The translations under genes and the position numbers were made by a program. Below, piece after piece: positions 10,084 to 20,053 of a stretch of 64,000 nucleotides of DNA. Every line of letters starts with the position of its first letter. Position 1 is the stretch's first letter. The notes under the pieces were generated by a model that was given only the letters and a program-made list of their open reading frames with translations, ran no database searches and was not told the origin of the DNA. This DNA comes from Calditrichales bacterium (GTDB lineage Bacteria; Calditrichota; Calditrichia; Calditrichales; J004), in contig OZ254086.1 of NCBI GenBank assembly GCA_965267575.1, forward strand, positions 2,784,001-2,848,000, read 5' to 3'.

Positions 10084-10097
10084 GTCAGGTTCCTTAT

Positions 10098-10559
10098 TTA
10101 ACGGTTGCGTTTCAAATAATCGTTTAAGTCTGTTTCCCATTCTTGCATGAAGGCAGCATATTTCTCCGCACTGAAAGCATTGATGAAGGCGCGGCCTTTG
10201 TTGCTTAAAGCGGTGTAGCTGTAGCTGATGTGCGCGTCGCAGGATCGTTTGCCTGTTATTTCAAGCTGGATACGGATGATGGCGACGGTAAATCCCGGCG
10301 TCACTTTGCAAAATTCTACAAAGCGTAATTGCGGGTTATGGCGGGTGATAATCCACAGCGCTTCTCGCCCTTCTTCGCGGGTACTGAAAACAGCGTCTTC
10401 TTCGGCCAGGCCGGAAGCGCTGATCACGAAGCCGGGCTGCCAGCCTTTGACCCACTCGAGTTCACGAACAGGGCAGAGCAAAGGAAAAACATCGTCGGCG
10501 GGGGCAATTAATCTTTGGGTATAAGTGCGGGTCACGCGGTAGGGCTTTTCCACATTCAT
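10098..10559 (-). CDS. SRPBCC/START-like hypothetical protein
   Basis: VFPLLCPVRE.EW..GW motif and C-terminal helix; GGAGG RBS. Confidence 0.7.
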   Translation of the reverse strand: MNVEKPYRVTRTYTQRLIAPADDVFPLLCPVRELEWVKGWQPGFVISASGLAEEDAVFSTREEGREALWIITRHNPQLRFVEFCKVTPGFTVAIIRIQLEITGKRSCDAHISYSYTALSNKGRAFINAFSAEKYAAFMQEWETDLNDYLKRNR

Positions 10560-10560
10560 T

Positions 10561-11079
10561 TCAGCCTCCTTCCAGCATATCACGGAATCTTTCCAGATTG
10601 GCCTGGTTGGCATCGCGCATGGTGCCCTTAAATAGCGGCAGCACCGATTGCCACAAAGGGTTGGCGCCCACCACTCGCGTATGCTGTTGAATATCGGTTA
10701 CGGCGCTATCCCTGCGGATAAATTCAATCGCTAAATAGGAGTCGAGTACCTCATTTCCCATGCGCATCATCAGCAGGCTGTCCGGGCTGAACCGGGTTAT
10801 TTCCTCGTCAACGGTCATCGTTTCACCGTTCTGCACGATGGTCATGCGCCAGCGGCTGCCGGTGCCTTCCGCCGCGCCACCTGTATGTTCGATACGCTGC
10901 AGGCCGTCCATCCATTTCGCCGTTCTGCCGGTGTCGTTGAAAGCCGCAAACACCTCTGCTCGCGACTTGCTAATCGTTACCCGGTTGCGATAATCAAACT
11001 CCGGAATAGCTATGCCGATCAACATGAAGACGGTGATCAGAACAATCAGCACGACGCCGGCGATCTGAATGAAGCGCAT
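10561..11079 (-). CDS. SRPBCC family protein with N-terminal TM
   Basis: VTI..SRAEVFA.F.D....KW pattern; C-terminal helix NLERFRDMLE. Confidence 0.8.
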   Translation of the reverse strand: MRFIQIAGVVLIVLITVFMLIGIAIPEFDYRNRVTISKSRAEVFAAFNDTGRTAKWMDGLQRIEHTGGAAEGTGSRWRMTIVQNGETMTVDEEITRFSPDSLLMMRMGNEVLDSYLAIEFIRRDSAVTDIQQHTRVVGANPLWQSVLPLFKGTMRDANQANLERFRDMLEGG

Positions 11080-11082
11080 GGC

Positions 11083-11742
11083 TTACCTGGTCACTTCTAT
11101 TGTCTGTATCCGTACCGGCTCCGTCGGGCGGTCATTCTGCGTTGTCTTCGTTGTAGCGATGGCATCCACAACTTCCATGCCTTTTGTTACCTTGCCGAAA
11201 ACCGTGTACTGTCCATCCAGACTGGGATAATCCTGATGCATGATAAAAAACTGCGATCCGGCTCCGGCATTTGGATCGGAGGTCCGCGCGGTGGACAAAA
11301 TGCCGCGTTTATGCTGGCGATCGTTAAATTCGTTGGGCACGTTTACAATCGGTCCGCCGCTGCCATAGCTGGCCACATTATCCGTTTTGGTGTTGGGGTC
11401 GCCGCCCTGGATCATAAATCCGGGTATCACGCGGTGAAACAAGGTTCCATCGTAATAACCGCATTCCGCGCGCGTCACGAAGTTAAACGTCTGTATGGGC
11501 GCATCTGCCGGGAAAAACTCCAGCTCAATATCCCCCTTGTTGGTTTTGATCCTAGCTGTAACGCCATCCAGCTTACCGGCCAGAAACATCAGCTTGTTGT
11601 AACTCTCATCCATTCGATTTATTTTCTCCTTTAATTCAGAAACTTGTTGTTTTAGCAGATCGTTTTCGCGGCTTATCTTTTCACTGTCGCCACAGCCGAA
11701 AATCAGCAAAGCGAATATCAATAAGGACATAATCGTTTTCAT
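11083..11742 (-). CDS. Cyclophilin-type peptidylprolyl isomerase, lipoprotein with N-terminal coiled coil
   Basis: YDGTLFHRVIPGFMIQGGDP, AGSQFFI and LDGQYTVFG; lipobox IFGC. Confidence 0.92.
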   Translation of the reverse strand: MKTIMSLLIFALLIFGCGDSEKISRENDLLKQQVSELKEKINRMDESYNKLMFLAGKLDGVTARIKTNKGDIELEFFPADAPIQTFNFVTRAECGYYDGTLFHRVIPGFMIQGGDPNTKTDNVASYGSGGPIVNVPNEFNDRQHKRGILSTARTSDPNAGAGSQFFIMHQDYPSLDGQYTVFGKVTKGMEVVDAIATTKTTQNDRPTEPVRIQTIEVTR

Positions 11743-11850
11743 GAAGGCCTCCATCTTGAACAACGCAGGAAAGTAAACAGTGTGCAGCAATCGATGCAAC
11801 TATTGCAGTGAATATCGTACATATACGTGTAAGTTTATTCAGGATTTTTT

Positions 11851-12498
11851 ATGAAGCGAAATTTTCTTTTTCCGTTTTTGATGGCGCTGGTCTTTGTCGC
11901 CTGTGATATGAAGGTGAACGAAGATATCAGCGTGGAAAGCGCCAGTACCATTAATGAAGACAAAATGACCGTAAACGGCGCTATACGTGTGGGTGATAAC
12001 AGCCGTGTTCTCGGAAACCTGCGCACGGTAAACGGCCCGATCAGCGTTGGTATCTCCACAACGGTGGACGCCAGTATTCAGTCGGTTAACGGAAACATTT
12101 TTGTGGGACGCGATTGTGCCGTAAACGGTGATCTTCAGACTATCAACGGCATAATCGAGGTGGATTCCGCTGTCACCATTTCCGGTAAGGTGAGTACCGT
12201 TCATGGTGAAATTCTGATGAACGGCGTTAAACTTCGTGGCAATATACAGACCCACACGGGCAATATTGCCCTTACCAACGGCACAAGCGCTCAGGGTGAT
12301 ATCATCATAAAACGCAGCGATGATGTTCCCGAAAAGCTGCGCACATTGGAAATCGTATTACGTGAAAACTCTGTCTTGCAAGGCAATATTGAAAACGAAG
12401 ACACCAATATGAAAGTTACCGTCATAGTGGAAGATGAGAGCAGCGTACAGGGTCAAACCATTAATGTGGAGCTTGTAAGACGCGATTCCGCTGAGTAA
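11851..12498 (+). CDS. Beta-helix/DUF4097-like repeat lipoprotein
   Basis: Lipobox FVAC; about 17-aa TVNG.I.VG repeats. Confidence 0.75.
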   Translation: MKRNFLFPFLMALVFVACDMKVNEDISVESASTINEDKMTVNGAIRVGDNSRVLGNLRTVNGPISVGISTTVDASIQSVNGNIFVGRDCAVNGDLQTINGIIEVDSAVTISGKVSTVHGEILMNGVKLRGNIQTHTGNIALTNGTSAQGDIIIKRSDDVPEKLRTLEIVLRENSVLQGNIENEDTNMKVTVIVEDESSVQGQTINVELVRRDSAE

Positions 12499-12572
12499 AT
12501 CATAATCCGGTTTGCAAAAAATATCAAAGGTGTTATCTTTACGGCCTTCAGGGGAACAGAGGAATTGACATT

Positions 12573-13271
12573 TTGGAATCTGAAAGAAGCCATAAATATA
12601 ACACCTTTTTTATTCGTTTAGCCGGCGCTCTCGCAATAATCGCCGGCATTGTCTCTTTGGCCGCCGTTTTTTACCTGCTGATTGTATTGAACAATCTTGG
12701 TCTTAATATGTCCCATTTTGACAATACCGCCGAGCTTCTGGATTGGGCCGGCGGGCATCCGCGTTACTATGCGCTGTTATGGCTGCATTACGCTCTGGCC
12801 GCTGTTCTGCTTTTACCTGCTCCCCTTGCCACCTCCTCAATCTACCGTCATCGCGGCCGTCAGTCTTCGGCCTGGGCCCAGGTAAGTCAGGTTTTCGGTC
12901 TGTGCGGATTGTATTTAATCCTTCTGGCTGCAATTATCTTTTTTGCCGTCTCTCCCTTAAGCGCGCGCTTTTTTGAGCAAAACCCGGAAACGACCATTAT
13001 GCTGCATGAGATGTTCGCCGCCCTCGGCGCCGCCATCCGTCTTCTGGGTGAGCTTCTGGTTACTTTGTGGCTGGCCATGGCGGGTGTTTACCTGATAATT
13101 AGGAAAAAGATAGATATTCTCGGCTGGTATCTGGTGGCCCTGTTCGCCCTGGCGTTTATTATTACCGTCGGCAAATTGTTCGCTTTTTTCGATTGGGAAC
13201 CGTTCCTGGGCATTGTACTGGCCCTCTCCTACATCTGGCTTGGAAGAACACTGCGTTCAGAAGTAGCCTGA
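12573..13271 (+). CDS. Integral membrane protein (DUF4386-like)
   Basis: About six hydrophobic helices; TTG start after GAGGA; family assignment tentative. Confidence 0.6.
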   Translation: MESERSHKYNTFFIRLAGALAIIAGIVSLAAVFYLLIVLNNLGLNMSHFDNTAELLDWAGGHPRYYALLWLHYALAAVLLLPAPLATSSIYRHRGRQSSAWAQVSQVFGLCGLYLILLAAIIFFAVSPLSARFFEQNPETTIMLHEMFAALGAAIRLLGELLVTLWLAMAGVYLIIRKKIDILGWYLVALFALAFIITVGKLFAFFDWEPFLGIVLALSYIWLGRTLRSEVA

Positions 13272-13380
13272 AATCCCCATTTTTAGTTCTGCAAAAACCC
13301 TTTTGGCGATTGTGTTAATACCCTTACAGCAACGTTGTTGCTTTTTGAAATTAGGGGTCTATTCTTTATCTTAGCACGCT

Positions 13381-14301
13381 ATGGGTTATCAGATTCTTTC
13401 ATTTGGTGAAATACTGTTTGATGTGTTTCCGGACAAGCACCGCCTGGGTGGCGCTCCGTTCAATTTTGCCAGCCACCTGCACAGCTTTGGACAGGATATT
13501 ATTTTCCTCAGCCGTATCGGGATAGACGACTATGGCCGTGAAATTGAGGATTTGCTTGAAAAACAGAATTTCCCGCAAAAGCATATTCAACTGGACCACA
13601 GCCGGCCCACCGGCCACGTGCAGGTTACGCTCGACAAAAGCGGCAGCGCCGAATATGAGATCGTGCGCGAGGTGGCTTGGGATTACATTATCCTTAACAA
13701 GAAGCTTAAAAACCGGCTAAAGAAAAATCCCGATTTGGTCTATTTTGGAACACTGGCTCAGCGCAGCCCGCAAAGCCGCGATACGCTGCAACAAATCGTG
13801 ACGGCGATTCCGGAAGACTGCAAGGTGATGTGCGACCTCAATTTGCGGCAGAATTTTTACAGCATTGAAATTTTGCACGATTGTTTTGTGCACAGTGATA
13901 TTTTGAAGCTCAATGAAGACGAGCTGAATGTTGTAAAAGATCTGTTTGTACCGCTTAAAGACGAAAAAGAATTTGCCCGCTGGCTATTGACAAAATTTAA
14001 TGTAACCAAACTCTGCATAACCCGTGGGAAAGATGGCGCCACGCTCTACGCCGATGGCCATCCCCACGATCTGAAAACAACGAAAGTCTTGTCTCCGGAG
14101 CAGATTGCCGACACCGTCGGCGCCGGCGACGCTTTTGCTTCGATCCTCGCGCTGGGTGTGTTGTCGGGCTGGTCACCAAGGGTTATCCTGGAACGCGCCT
14201 CCGCTTTTGCCGCGGAAATTTGTACTATTTCGGGCGCCCTGCCAACAGATCCGTCTTTTTATACCACTTTTGCGATCGAACATAATTTGCAATCTCTATG
14301 A
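13381..14301 (+). CDS. PfkB-family carbohydrate kinase, probably fructokinase
   Basis: FGEILFD, GGAPFN, DLNLR and DTVGAGDAF; overlaps the SPS start (ATGA). Confidence 0.9.
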   Translation: MGYQILSFGEILFDVFPDKHRLGGAPFNFASHLHSFGQDIIFLSRIGIDDYGREIEDLLEKQNFPQKHIQLDHSRPTGHVQVTLDKSGSAEYEIVREVAWDYIILNKKLKNRLKKNPDLVYFGTLAQRSPQSRDTLQQIVTAIPEDCKVMCDLNLRQNFYSIEILHDCFVHSDILKLNEDELNVVKDLFVPLKDEKEFARWLLTKFNVTKLCITRGKDGATLYADGHPHDLKTTKVLSPEQIADTVGAGDAFASILALGVLSGWSPRVILERASAFAAEICTISGALPTDPSFYTTFAIEHNLQSL

Positions 14302-16460
14302 GTAAAAAACTCTATATCATGCTGATCAGCGTACATGGCCTTGTACGCGGTAAAAATATTGAGTTTGGACGCAATGCGGATACGGGGGGCCAGGTAAAAT
14401 ATGTTATCGAGCTGGCCAAAGCCCTGGGCCGCCGTGATGACGTGCGCAAGGTCGACCTCTTTACCCGCCTTATTCGTGACAAAACCACCTCACCGGATTA
14501 CGCAAAAAAGATTGAAGAGATCGATGAAAAGGTGCGTATTGTGCGCATACAGTGCGGCGGCAAAAAATACATCCGTAAAGAAATGCTCTGGCCACATCTC
14601 GATGAATATGTCGATAAGACACTAAAATTCATCAAGGATCAGAAGGATATTCCGCATGTGGTGCATGGTCACTACGCCGATGCCGGCTATATTGCCCGCG
14701 TGCTTTCCGCATTCTGGGGCGTCCCGCTCATTTTTACCGGCCACTCCCTGGGCCGTGTCAAAAAATCCAATCTCGACTATATGGCGGCAGCCGAGCTTGA
14801 AAAAAAGTTCAATATTTCAACGCGCATTGAGAAGGAAGAAGAGATTATACAAAGCGCCGATCGCATTATTACCAGTACCAGCCAGGAAGTGGCTGAGCAA
14901 TACGGTATGTACGAATCATCGGCGATGGCCCGCTTTAAGGTGATCCCGCCCGGGACCGATCTTTCCAAGTTTAAGCCTTTTTATGATGAGCATTACGATG
15001 ACGAAGCGCAGCGCGAACAGGTCAGTCGTGCCCGCTACTTCCTGGAAGAGGAACTGAACCGCTTTCTGACGCATCCCGAGAAGCCGCTGATCATTGCCCT
15101 GTCGCGCCCGGACAAGCGCAAAAATATTCCGGCGCTGATCCACGCCTATGGCACCAACAAGGAGCTGCAGATTATCGCCAACCTGGCCGTATTTGCCGGT
15201 ATTCGTAAAGACATTACCAGCATGGATGAGAACGAGCGGGAAGTGCTCACCGAGCTGTTGCTGCTGATGGATCGTTATGACCTTTATGGCAAAATGGCCG
15301 TGCCCAAACGCCATGACGTGGAATATGAAGTCCCGGAACTGTATCGACTGGCGGCGCGCAAGAACGGCGTATTTGTAAACCCGACATTCAAAGAGAATTT
15401 TGGGTTAACACTGATAGAAGCTGCCAGCAGCGGCCTGCCTGTTGTGGCAACGGACAACGGTGGCCCGCAGGATATAATCAGCAACTGCAAAAACGGCATC
15501 CTGGTGGATGTGAGCAAGCCGGAACAGATCAGCGAGGCGATCAAGAAAATTCTGATTGACCGTGATCTGTGGAAAAAATACTCGGAGAACGGGCTGGAAG
15601 CGGTGCGTGAACATTACTCATGGAGTGCCCATTGTGAAACCTATATTAACGAACTGAAGACAATCCCCATGATAGAGAAAAAACCTGAAAAAGAAGACAA
15701 AATACCGGCCAGTATCGGTCGTCGCTTTACACACCTGACCAAGTTTTTCATTACCGATATTGATGACACCCTGCTGGGCGACAAAGACGCCATTGACGAG
15801 CTGATGAAAATTGTCGATGGAAACAGGGATAAGATCGGTTTTGGCGTGGCCACCGGTCGCCCGATCGAATCGGCTATAGCCGTGCTGGAGGAGCATAACG
15901 TTCGCAAGCCCGACATTATGATCACCTCCGTGGGTACGGAGATCTATTACGGTGAAAAGCTGATGCCCGATAAAGGCTGGCAAAGCCACATCGGCCAGAA
16001 CTGGCAGCGCGAGAAAATTGAGACGGTTCTGGATGGGCTGGATTTCCTGAACAAACAGGAAGATTCGGCGCAAAGGCCGTTTAAGCTTAGCTATTACATG
16101 GAACCTTCCGGCGATAACCTGGCCCGCGTGCACAAAGCTCTAACCGACAAAAAGCTGCGCTACAACCTGATCTACTCGCGCGAAATGTATCTCGATGTCC
16201 TGCCGCAACGTGCGGCGAAGGGCAAGGCCATTCGTTATCTCAGCTACAAGTGGAACATCGCGCTTTCCAACATTCTCGTTTCAGGTGACTCCGACAACGA
16301 CGAAGACATGCTGCGCGGCGAAATGAAGGCTGTTGTTGTGGGCAACCATCACAAAGACCTGGATAAACTGAAAGGTCTGCGTAATGTCTATTTTTCCGAA
16401 GAGAACCACGCCAGGGGTATCCTTGACGGTTTCCGGCACTATAAATTCAGCGTCAAATAG
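14298..16460 (+). CDS. spsA: Sucrose-phosphate synthase (GT4) fused to HAD-IIB sucrose-phosphatase domain
   Basis: HGLVRG..E.GR.ADTGGQVKYV, HGHYADAG, FTGHSLG and ENFGLTLIEA; C-terminal DIDDTL and GDSDND. Confidence 0.93.
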   Translation: MSKKLYIMLISVHGLVRGKNIEFGRNADTGGQVKYVIELAKALGRRDDVRKVDLFTRLIRDKTTSPDYAKKIEEIDEKVRIVRIQCGGKKYIRKEMLWPHLDEYVDKTLKFIKDQKDIPHVVHGHYADAGYIARVLSAFWGVPLIFTGHSLGRVKKSNLDYMAAAELEKKFNISTRIEKEEEIIQSADRIITSTSQEVAEQYGMYESSAMARFKVIPPGTDLSKFKPFYDEHYDDEAQREQVSRARYFLEEELNRFLTHPEKPLIIALSRPDKRKNIPALIHAYGTNKELQIIANLAVFAGIRKDITSMDENEREVLTELLLLMDRYDLYGKMAVPKRHDVEYEVPELYRLAARKNGVFVNPTFKENFGLTLIEAASSGLPVVATDNGGPQDIISNCKNGILVDVSKPEQISEAIKKILIDRDLWKKYSENGLEAVREHYSWSAHCETYINELKTIPMIEKKPEKEDKIPASIGRRFTHLTKFFITDIDDTLLGDKDAIDELMKIVDGNRDKIGFGVATGRPIESAIAVLEEHNVRKPDIMITSVGTEIYYGEKLMPDKGWQSHIGQNWQREKIETVLDGLDFLNKQEDSAQRPFKLSYYMEPSGDNLARVHKALTDKKLRYNLIYSREMYLDVLPQRAAKGKAIRYLSYKWNIALSNILVSGDSDNDEDMLRGEMKAVVVGNHHKDLDKLKGLRNVYFSEENHARGILDGFRHYKFSVK

Positions 16461-16540
16461 CCCGACTGTAAGATAACTAACGTGCATTTCCAGCGCCCGT
16501 CTTTAAAATATCCAAAGCAAAAAACAACGGAGGAAGCGTT

Positions 16541-18937
16541 TTGCGCCTGCTGTTAAAAAAACTGATCGATGAAGGTGATGTAAAAGATTTCCACATGTTC
16601 CTTTACGAATTGTGGCACGCCGAAAAAAAGTATCTTTTGAATAATGATATTCTTATTGCCTTTGAGAAGTTTTGCGAGGACAACGATAAAAAATCTTTAA
16701 TGTCCGATGATTCCGGTCTGTTCAAGCTTTTCAAGCAGACGCCGGAAATAATCATATCGGATGATTACCTCGTGCTGATTCACCGTTACCAGATGGCACG
16801 TTATAATTTTTACCGGATTCGCGTAAACAGTGACGAAATCGATCAGATAACAACACGTGAACTGCTTGAATTCAAAAACCGTTATGCCCGTCCTGACGCT
16901 GCCCCCGATGTTTCTAAGCTGCACCTGGACTTTATGCCTTTTTACGATTATGCGCCCAACATCAAAGACGTGCGCACCGTGGGCAAAGGTGTCGATTTTC
17001 TTAACAAATACATGTCCAGCAGCCTCTTCCGCGATGCCGAAAAATGGCACAAAGCATTGTTCGAGTTTCTTACGATTCAAAGCACGGAGGGGCGCCAGCT
17101 TCTGATTAACCCCAATGGCATTACCAACAGTGAAGCGCTTCAACAGCAACTGGACGATGTACTGAGTGAGCTGAGCAGCAAAAAGCCGCGAACGCCTTAT
17201 AAAGATGTGGCCGGTGTGCTGCAACGCTACGGCTTTGAGCCGGGCTGGGGCCACAACGTTAAAAGCATCACCGAAACGATGGATTTGCTGCTCGATCTGT
17301 TTCAATCGCCGGACAGCGAGGTGTTGAGCCGTTTCATTACGCGCATCCCGATGCTATCCAAGGTGGCGGTCATTTCTCCGCACGGCTGGTTTGGGCAGGA
17401 AAACGTGCTGGGACGTCCCGATACCGGCGGCCAGGTTGTCTATGTACTGGACCAGGTGCGCGCCCTGGAAAAGGAGATGCAGAAGCGTCTCGAGGCCAGC
17501 GGACTGGATATCCAGGCAAAAGTGCTCATTGTAACGCGCCTGATCCCGGAGAACGACGGCACGACCTGTAATATCCGCCTGGAAAAAATCAATCAAAGCC
17601 AGAACAGCTACATTTTGCGCGTGCCTTTTCGCGATAATGAAGGAAACGTGGTGCCGCACTGGATCTCCCGTTTCCGCGTGTGGCCATTTATGGAGCGCTA
17701 TGCCAAAGATGTCGCCCGTGAGATTGGCCATGAATTTCAGGGTGCTCCCGATCTGGTTGTCGGCAACTATAGTGACGGGAACCTGGTGGCGACGCTGTTG
17801 TCCGAAGAGTTTGATATTACCCAATGCAACATCGCGCACGCCCTGGAGAAAAATAAATATCTCTTTTCCGACTTGTACTGGCAGAATTTTGAAAATGAGT
17901 ATCACTTTTCGGTCCAGCATCTTGTTGATCTTATAGCGATGAATATGGCTGATTTTATTGTGACCAGCACCTACCAGGAAATTGTAGGTTCGCCGGAGTC
18001 GATCGGTCAGTACGAATCTTACATGTTTTTTACCATGCCCGGCTATATGGATGTGCGCAGCGGCGTAAACCTGTTTCACCCCCGCTACAACGTGGTACCG
18101 CCCGGCGTTGATGATACCGTTTATTTTTCTTACCTGGAAGATGAACGCCGCCTGAACAACCAGAAAGAGCAGCTAACACGCCTGCTGTTTGAAGATGAGG
18201 GTGCCGACACTTACGGCTCCTTCAGTGACGGAAGTAAAATCCCGATCTTTACCATGGCGCGGCTGGATACAAACAAAAATATTACCGGCCTGGTGGAGGC
18301 CTTCGGGCAATCGGAGTTTGTCCGCGAACGGTGTAACCTGATCGTCATTGCAGGCAAGATCCGCGAGGAGCTCTCCGGTGATCACGAAGAGATCCAGGAA
18401 ATACGGCGCATGTATGATTTGATTCAGCGCCACAATCTGGATGGGCAGATACGCTGGCTGGGCATGCATTTGCCAAAGGAAGACGCCGGCGAGATCTACC
18501 GCATCATCGCCGATCATAAGGGCGTGTTTGTGCAGCCCGGATTGTTTGAAGGCTTTGGCCTGACGGTGTTGGAAGCTATGAGCTGCGGCGTGCCGACCTT
18601 CGCCACGCATTTCGGCGGCCCCTCCGAGATCATCATCGATGGTGAAAGCGGTTTCCTGATCAATCCCACCATGCCGGAACTGATCAACCGGCCATTGGAA
18701 GCCTTTTTAACCCGGCAGGAGAAAGAAAAAGACTACTGGGAAAAAATTTCCAAAGGCGGCATCAAACGCGTGCAGGAGCATTTTACGTGGAAACTATACA
18801 GCCAGAAGATGCTAAACCTGGCCGCGCTCTATTCATTCTGGCGTTACTCTGCCGGACAACAGGGCAAAGAAGAACTGTCCCAATATTGCCATCTGTTGTT
18901 TCAACTATTGTACAAACCGCGCGCGGTAAATATGTGA
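16541..18937 (+). CDS. susA: Sucrose synthase
   Basis: SPHGWFGQENVLGRPDTGGQVVY, GNYSDGNLVA, IAHALEK, STYQEI, FTMARLD and FEGFGLTVLEAM; GGAGG before TTG. Confidence 0.95.
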   Translation: MRLLLKKLIDEGDVKDFHMFLYELWHAEKKYLLNNDILIAFEKFCEDNDKKSLMSDDSGLFKLFKQTPEIIISDDYLVLIHRYQMARYNFYRIRVNSDEIDQITTRELLEFKNRYARPDAAPDVSKLHLDFMPFYDYAPNIKDVRTVGKGVDFLNKYMSSSLFRDAEKWHKALFEFLTIQSTEGRQLLINPNGITNSEALQQQLDDVLSELSSKKPRTPYKDVAGVLQRYGFEPGWGHNVKSITETMDLLLDLFQSPDSEVLSRFITRIPMLSKVAVISPHGWFGQENVLGRPDTGGQVVYVLDQVRALEKEMQKRLEASGLDIQAKVLIVTRLIPENDGTTCNIRLEKINQSQNSYILRVPFRDNEGNVVPHWISRFRVWPFMERYAKDVAREIGHEFQGAPDLVVGNYSDGNLVATLLSEEFDITQCNIAHALEKNKYLFSDLYWQNFENEYHFSVQHLVDLIAMNMADFIVTSTYQEIVGSPESIGQYESYMFFTMPGYMDVRSGVNLFHPRYNVVPPGVDDTVYFSYLEDERRLNNQKEQLTRLLFEDEGADTYGSFSDGSKIPIFTMARLDTNKNITGLVEAFGQSEFVRERCNLIVIAGKIREELSGDHEEIQEIRRMYDLIQRHNLDGQIRWLGMHLPKEDAGEIYRIIADHKGVFVQPGLFEGFGLTVLEAMSCGVPTFATHFGGPSEIIIDGESGFLINPTMPELINRPLEAFLTRQEKEKDYWEKISKGGIKRVQEHFTWKLYSQKMLNLAALYSFWRYSAGQQGKEELSQYCHLLFQLLYKPRAVNM

Positions 18938-18945
18938 GCGAAGGT

Positions 18946-18985
18946 GTGGACTGGCGGATTGGTGAATTAAGGAATTGCTGGATTA
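18946..18985 (+). repeat. Degenerate 8-mer tandem repeat, 5 units
   Basis: gtggactg gcggattg gtgaatta aggaattg ctggatta, just after the susA stop. Confidence 0.6.
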
Positions 18986-19170
18986 CTGCCACGGTGATCC
19001 CGCTGTTAAGCTGTAACAAGCTATTCATCCCCGAAGTAAATGGAATTGCCGAAATGCCGCGCCTGCATTTATTTTATTACCTAAACACCTGAATACCTGA
19101 GCACTCCTCAAAACTGGATAAAATGCTCCCCGTGTTTTAATTTTTGCCCCATTATAGCAAAGGACCGAAA

Positions 19171-20004
19171 ATGAAGAATCCGGCCGAAGAGCGCCCAACC
19201 GTTTTGAGACCGTGGCAGGCCAAGCTGCACGAAGTAATATTTGAAGCCGATACACGATCGGGCAAGATCTTTGACGTGACGCTGCTGATAGCGATCCTGC
19301 TTAGTGTTGTCGCTGTTATGCTGGACAGCACGGCTGCCATTCGTGCCGCTTACGGTTTTGAGCTCTACGTCGTGGAATGGATATTCACCATTTTCTTCAC
19401 CATAGAGTATATTCTGCGGCTGGTCAGCGTTGCCCGACCGCTGGCTTATGCCGGCTCCTTTTTCGGCATCATCGATCTGCTGGCGATTATACCCACTTAC
19501 CTTAGCTTGGTCGTGCCCTCGGCGCAATACCTGCTGGTTATCCGGATTCTGCGTGTGTTGCGCGTGTTCCGCATCTTTAAGCTGGTGCAATATCTGCGCG
19601 ATGCTTCTATCCTTTTTAAAGCGCTTATATCCAGCGTGCGCAAAATTATTGTATTTTTGATTGCCGTACTGGCGATTGTCGTGATCTTCGGCTCCATCAT
19701 GTACCTGATAGAGGGGCCGGAAAACGGCTTCGAAAGCATCCCGCAAAGCATTTACTGGGCAATCGTAACGCTAACTACGGTTGGTTACGGGGATATCGCG
19801 CCGCAAACTTCGCTGGGCCGCTTTATCTCGGCGCTGGTCATGATACTGGGTTACGCCCTGATCGCTGTTCCCACTGGCATTGTCTCCGTGGAAATGTCGC
19901 GCGCGTCGCATGCCGGTGCCACTACACAGGCCTGCCCCAACTGCAGCAAAGAAGGCCACGACGAGGATGCCACGCACTGCAAATACTGCGGGCAGCAACT
20001 CTAA
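19171..20004 (+). CDS. Voltage-gated-type potassium channel (ion transporter)
   Basis: S4-like RILRVLRVFRIFKL, TTVGYG filter, C-terminal CPNC...CKYC. Confidence 0.93.
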   Translation: MKNPAEERPTVLRPWQAKLHEVIFEADTRSGKIFDVTLLIAILLSVVAVMLDSTAAIRAAYGFELYVVEWIFTIFFTIEYILRLVSVARPLAYAGSFFGIIDLLAIIPTYLSLVVPSAQYLLVIRILRVLRVFRIFKLVQYLRDASILFKALISSVRKIIVFLIAVLAIVVIFGSIMYLIEGPENGFESIPQSIYWAIVTLTTVGYGDIAPQTSLGRFISALVMILGYALIAVPTGIVSVEMSRASHAGATTQACPNCSKEGHDEDATHCKYCGQQL

Positions 20005-20053
20005 AACTATCCGCGTCTTTTAATTGCCGCTTAAGGCGCCTATATTTGGCGCC

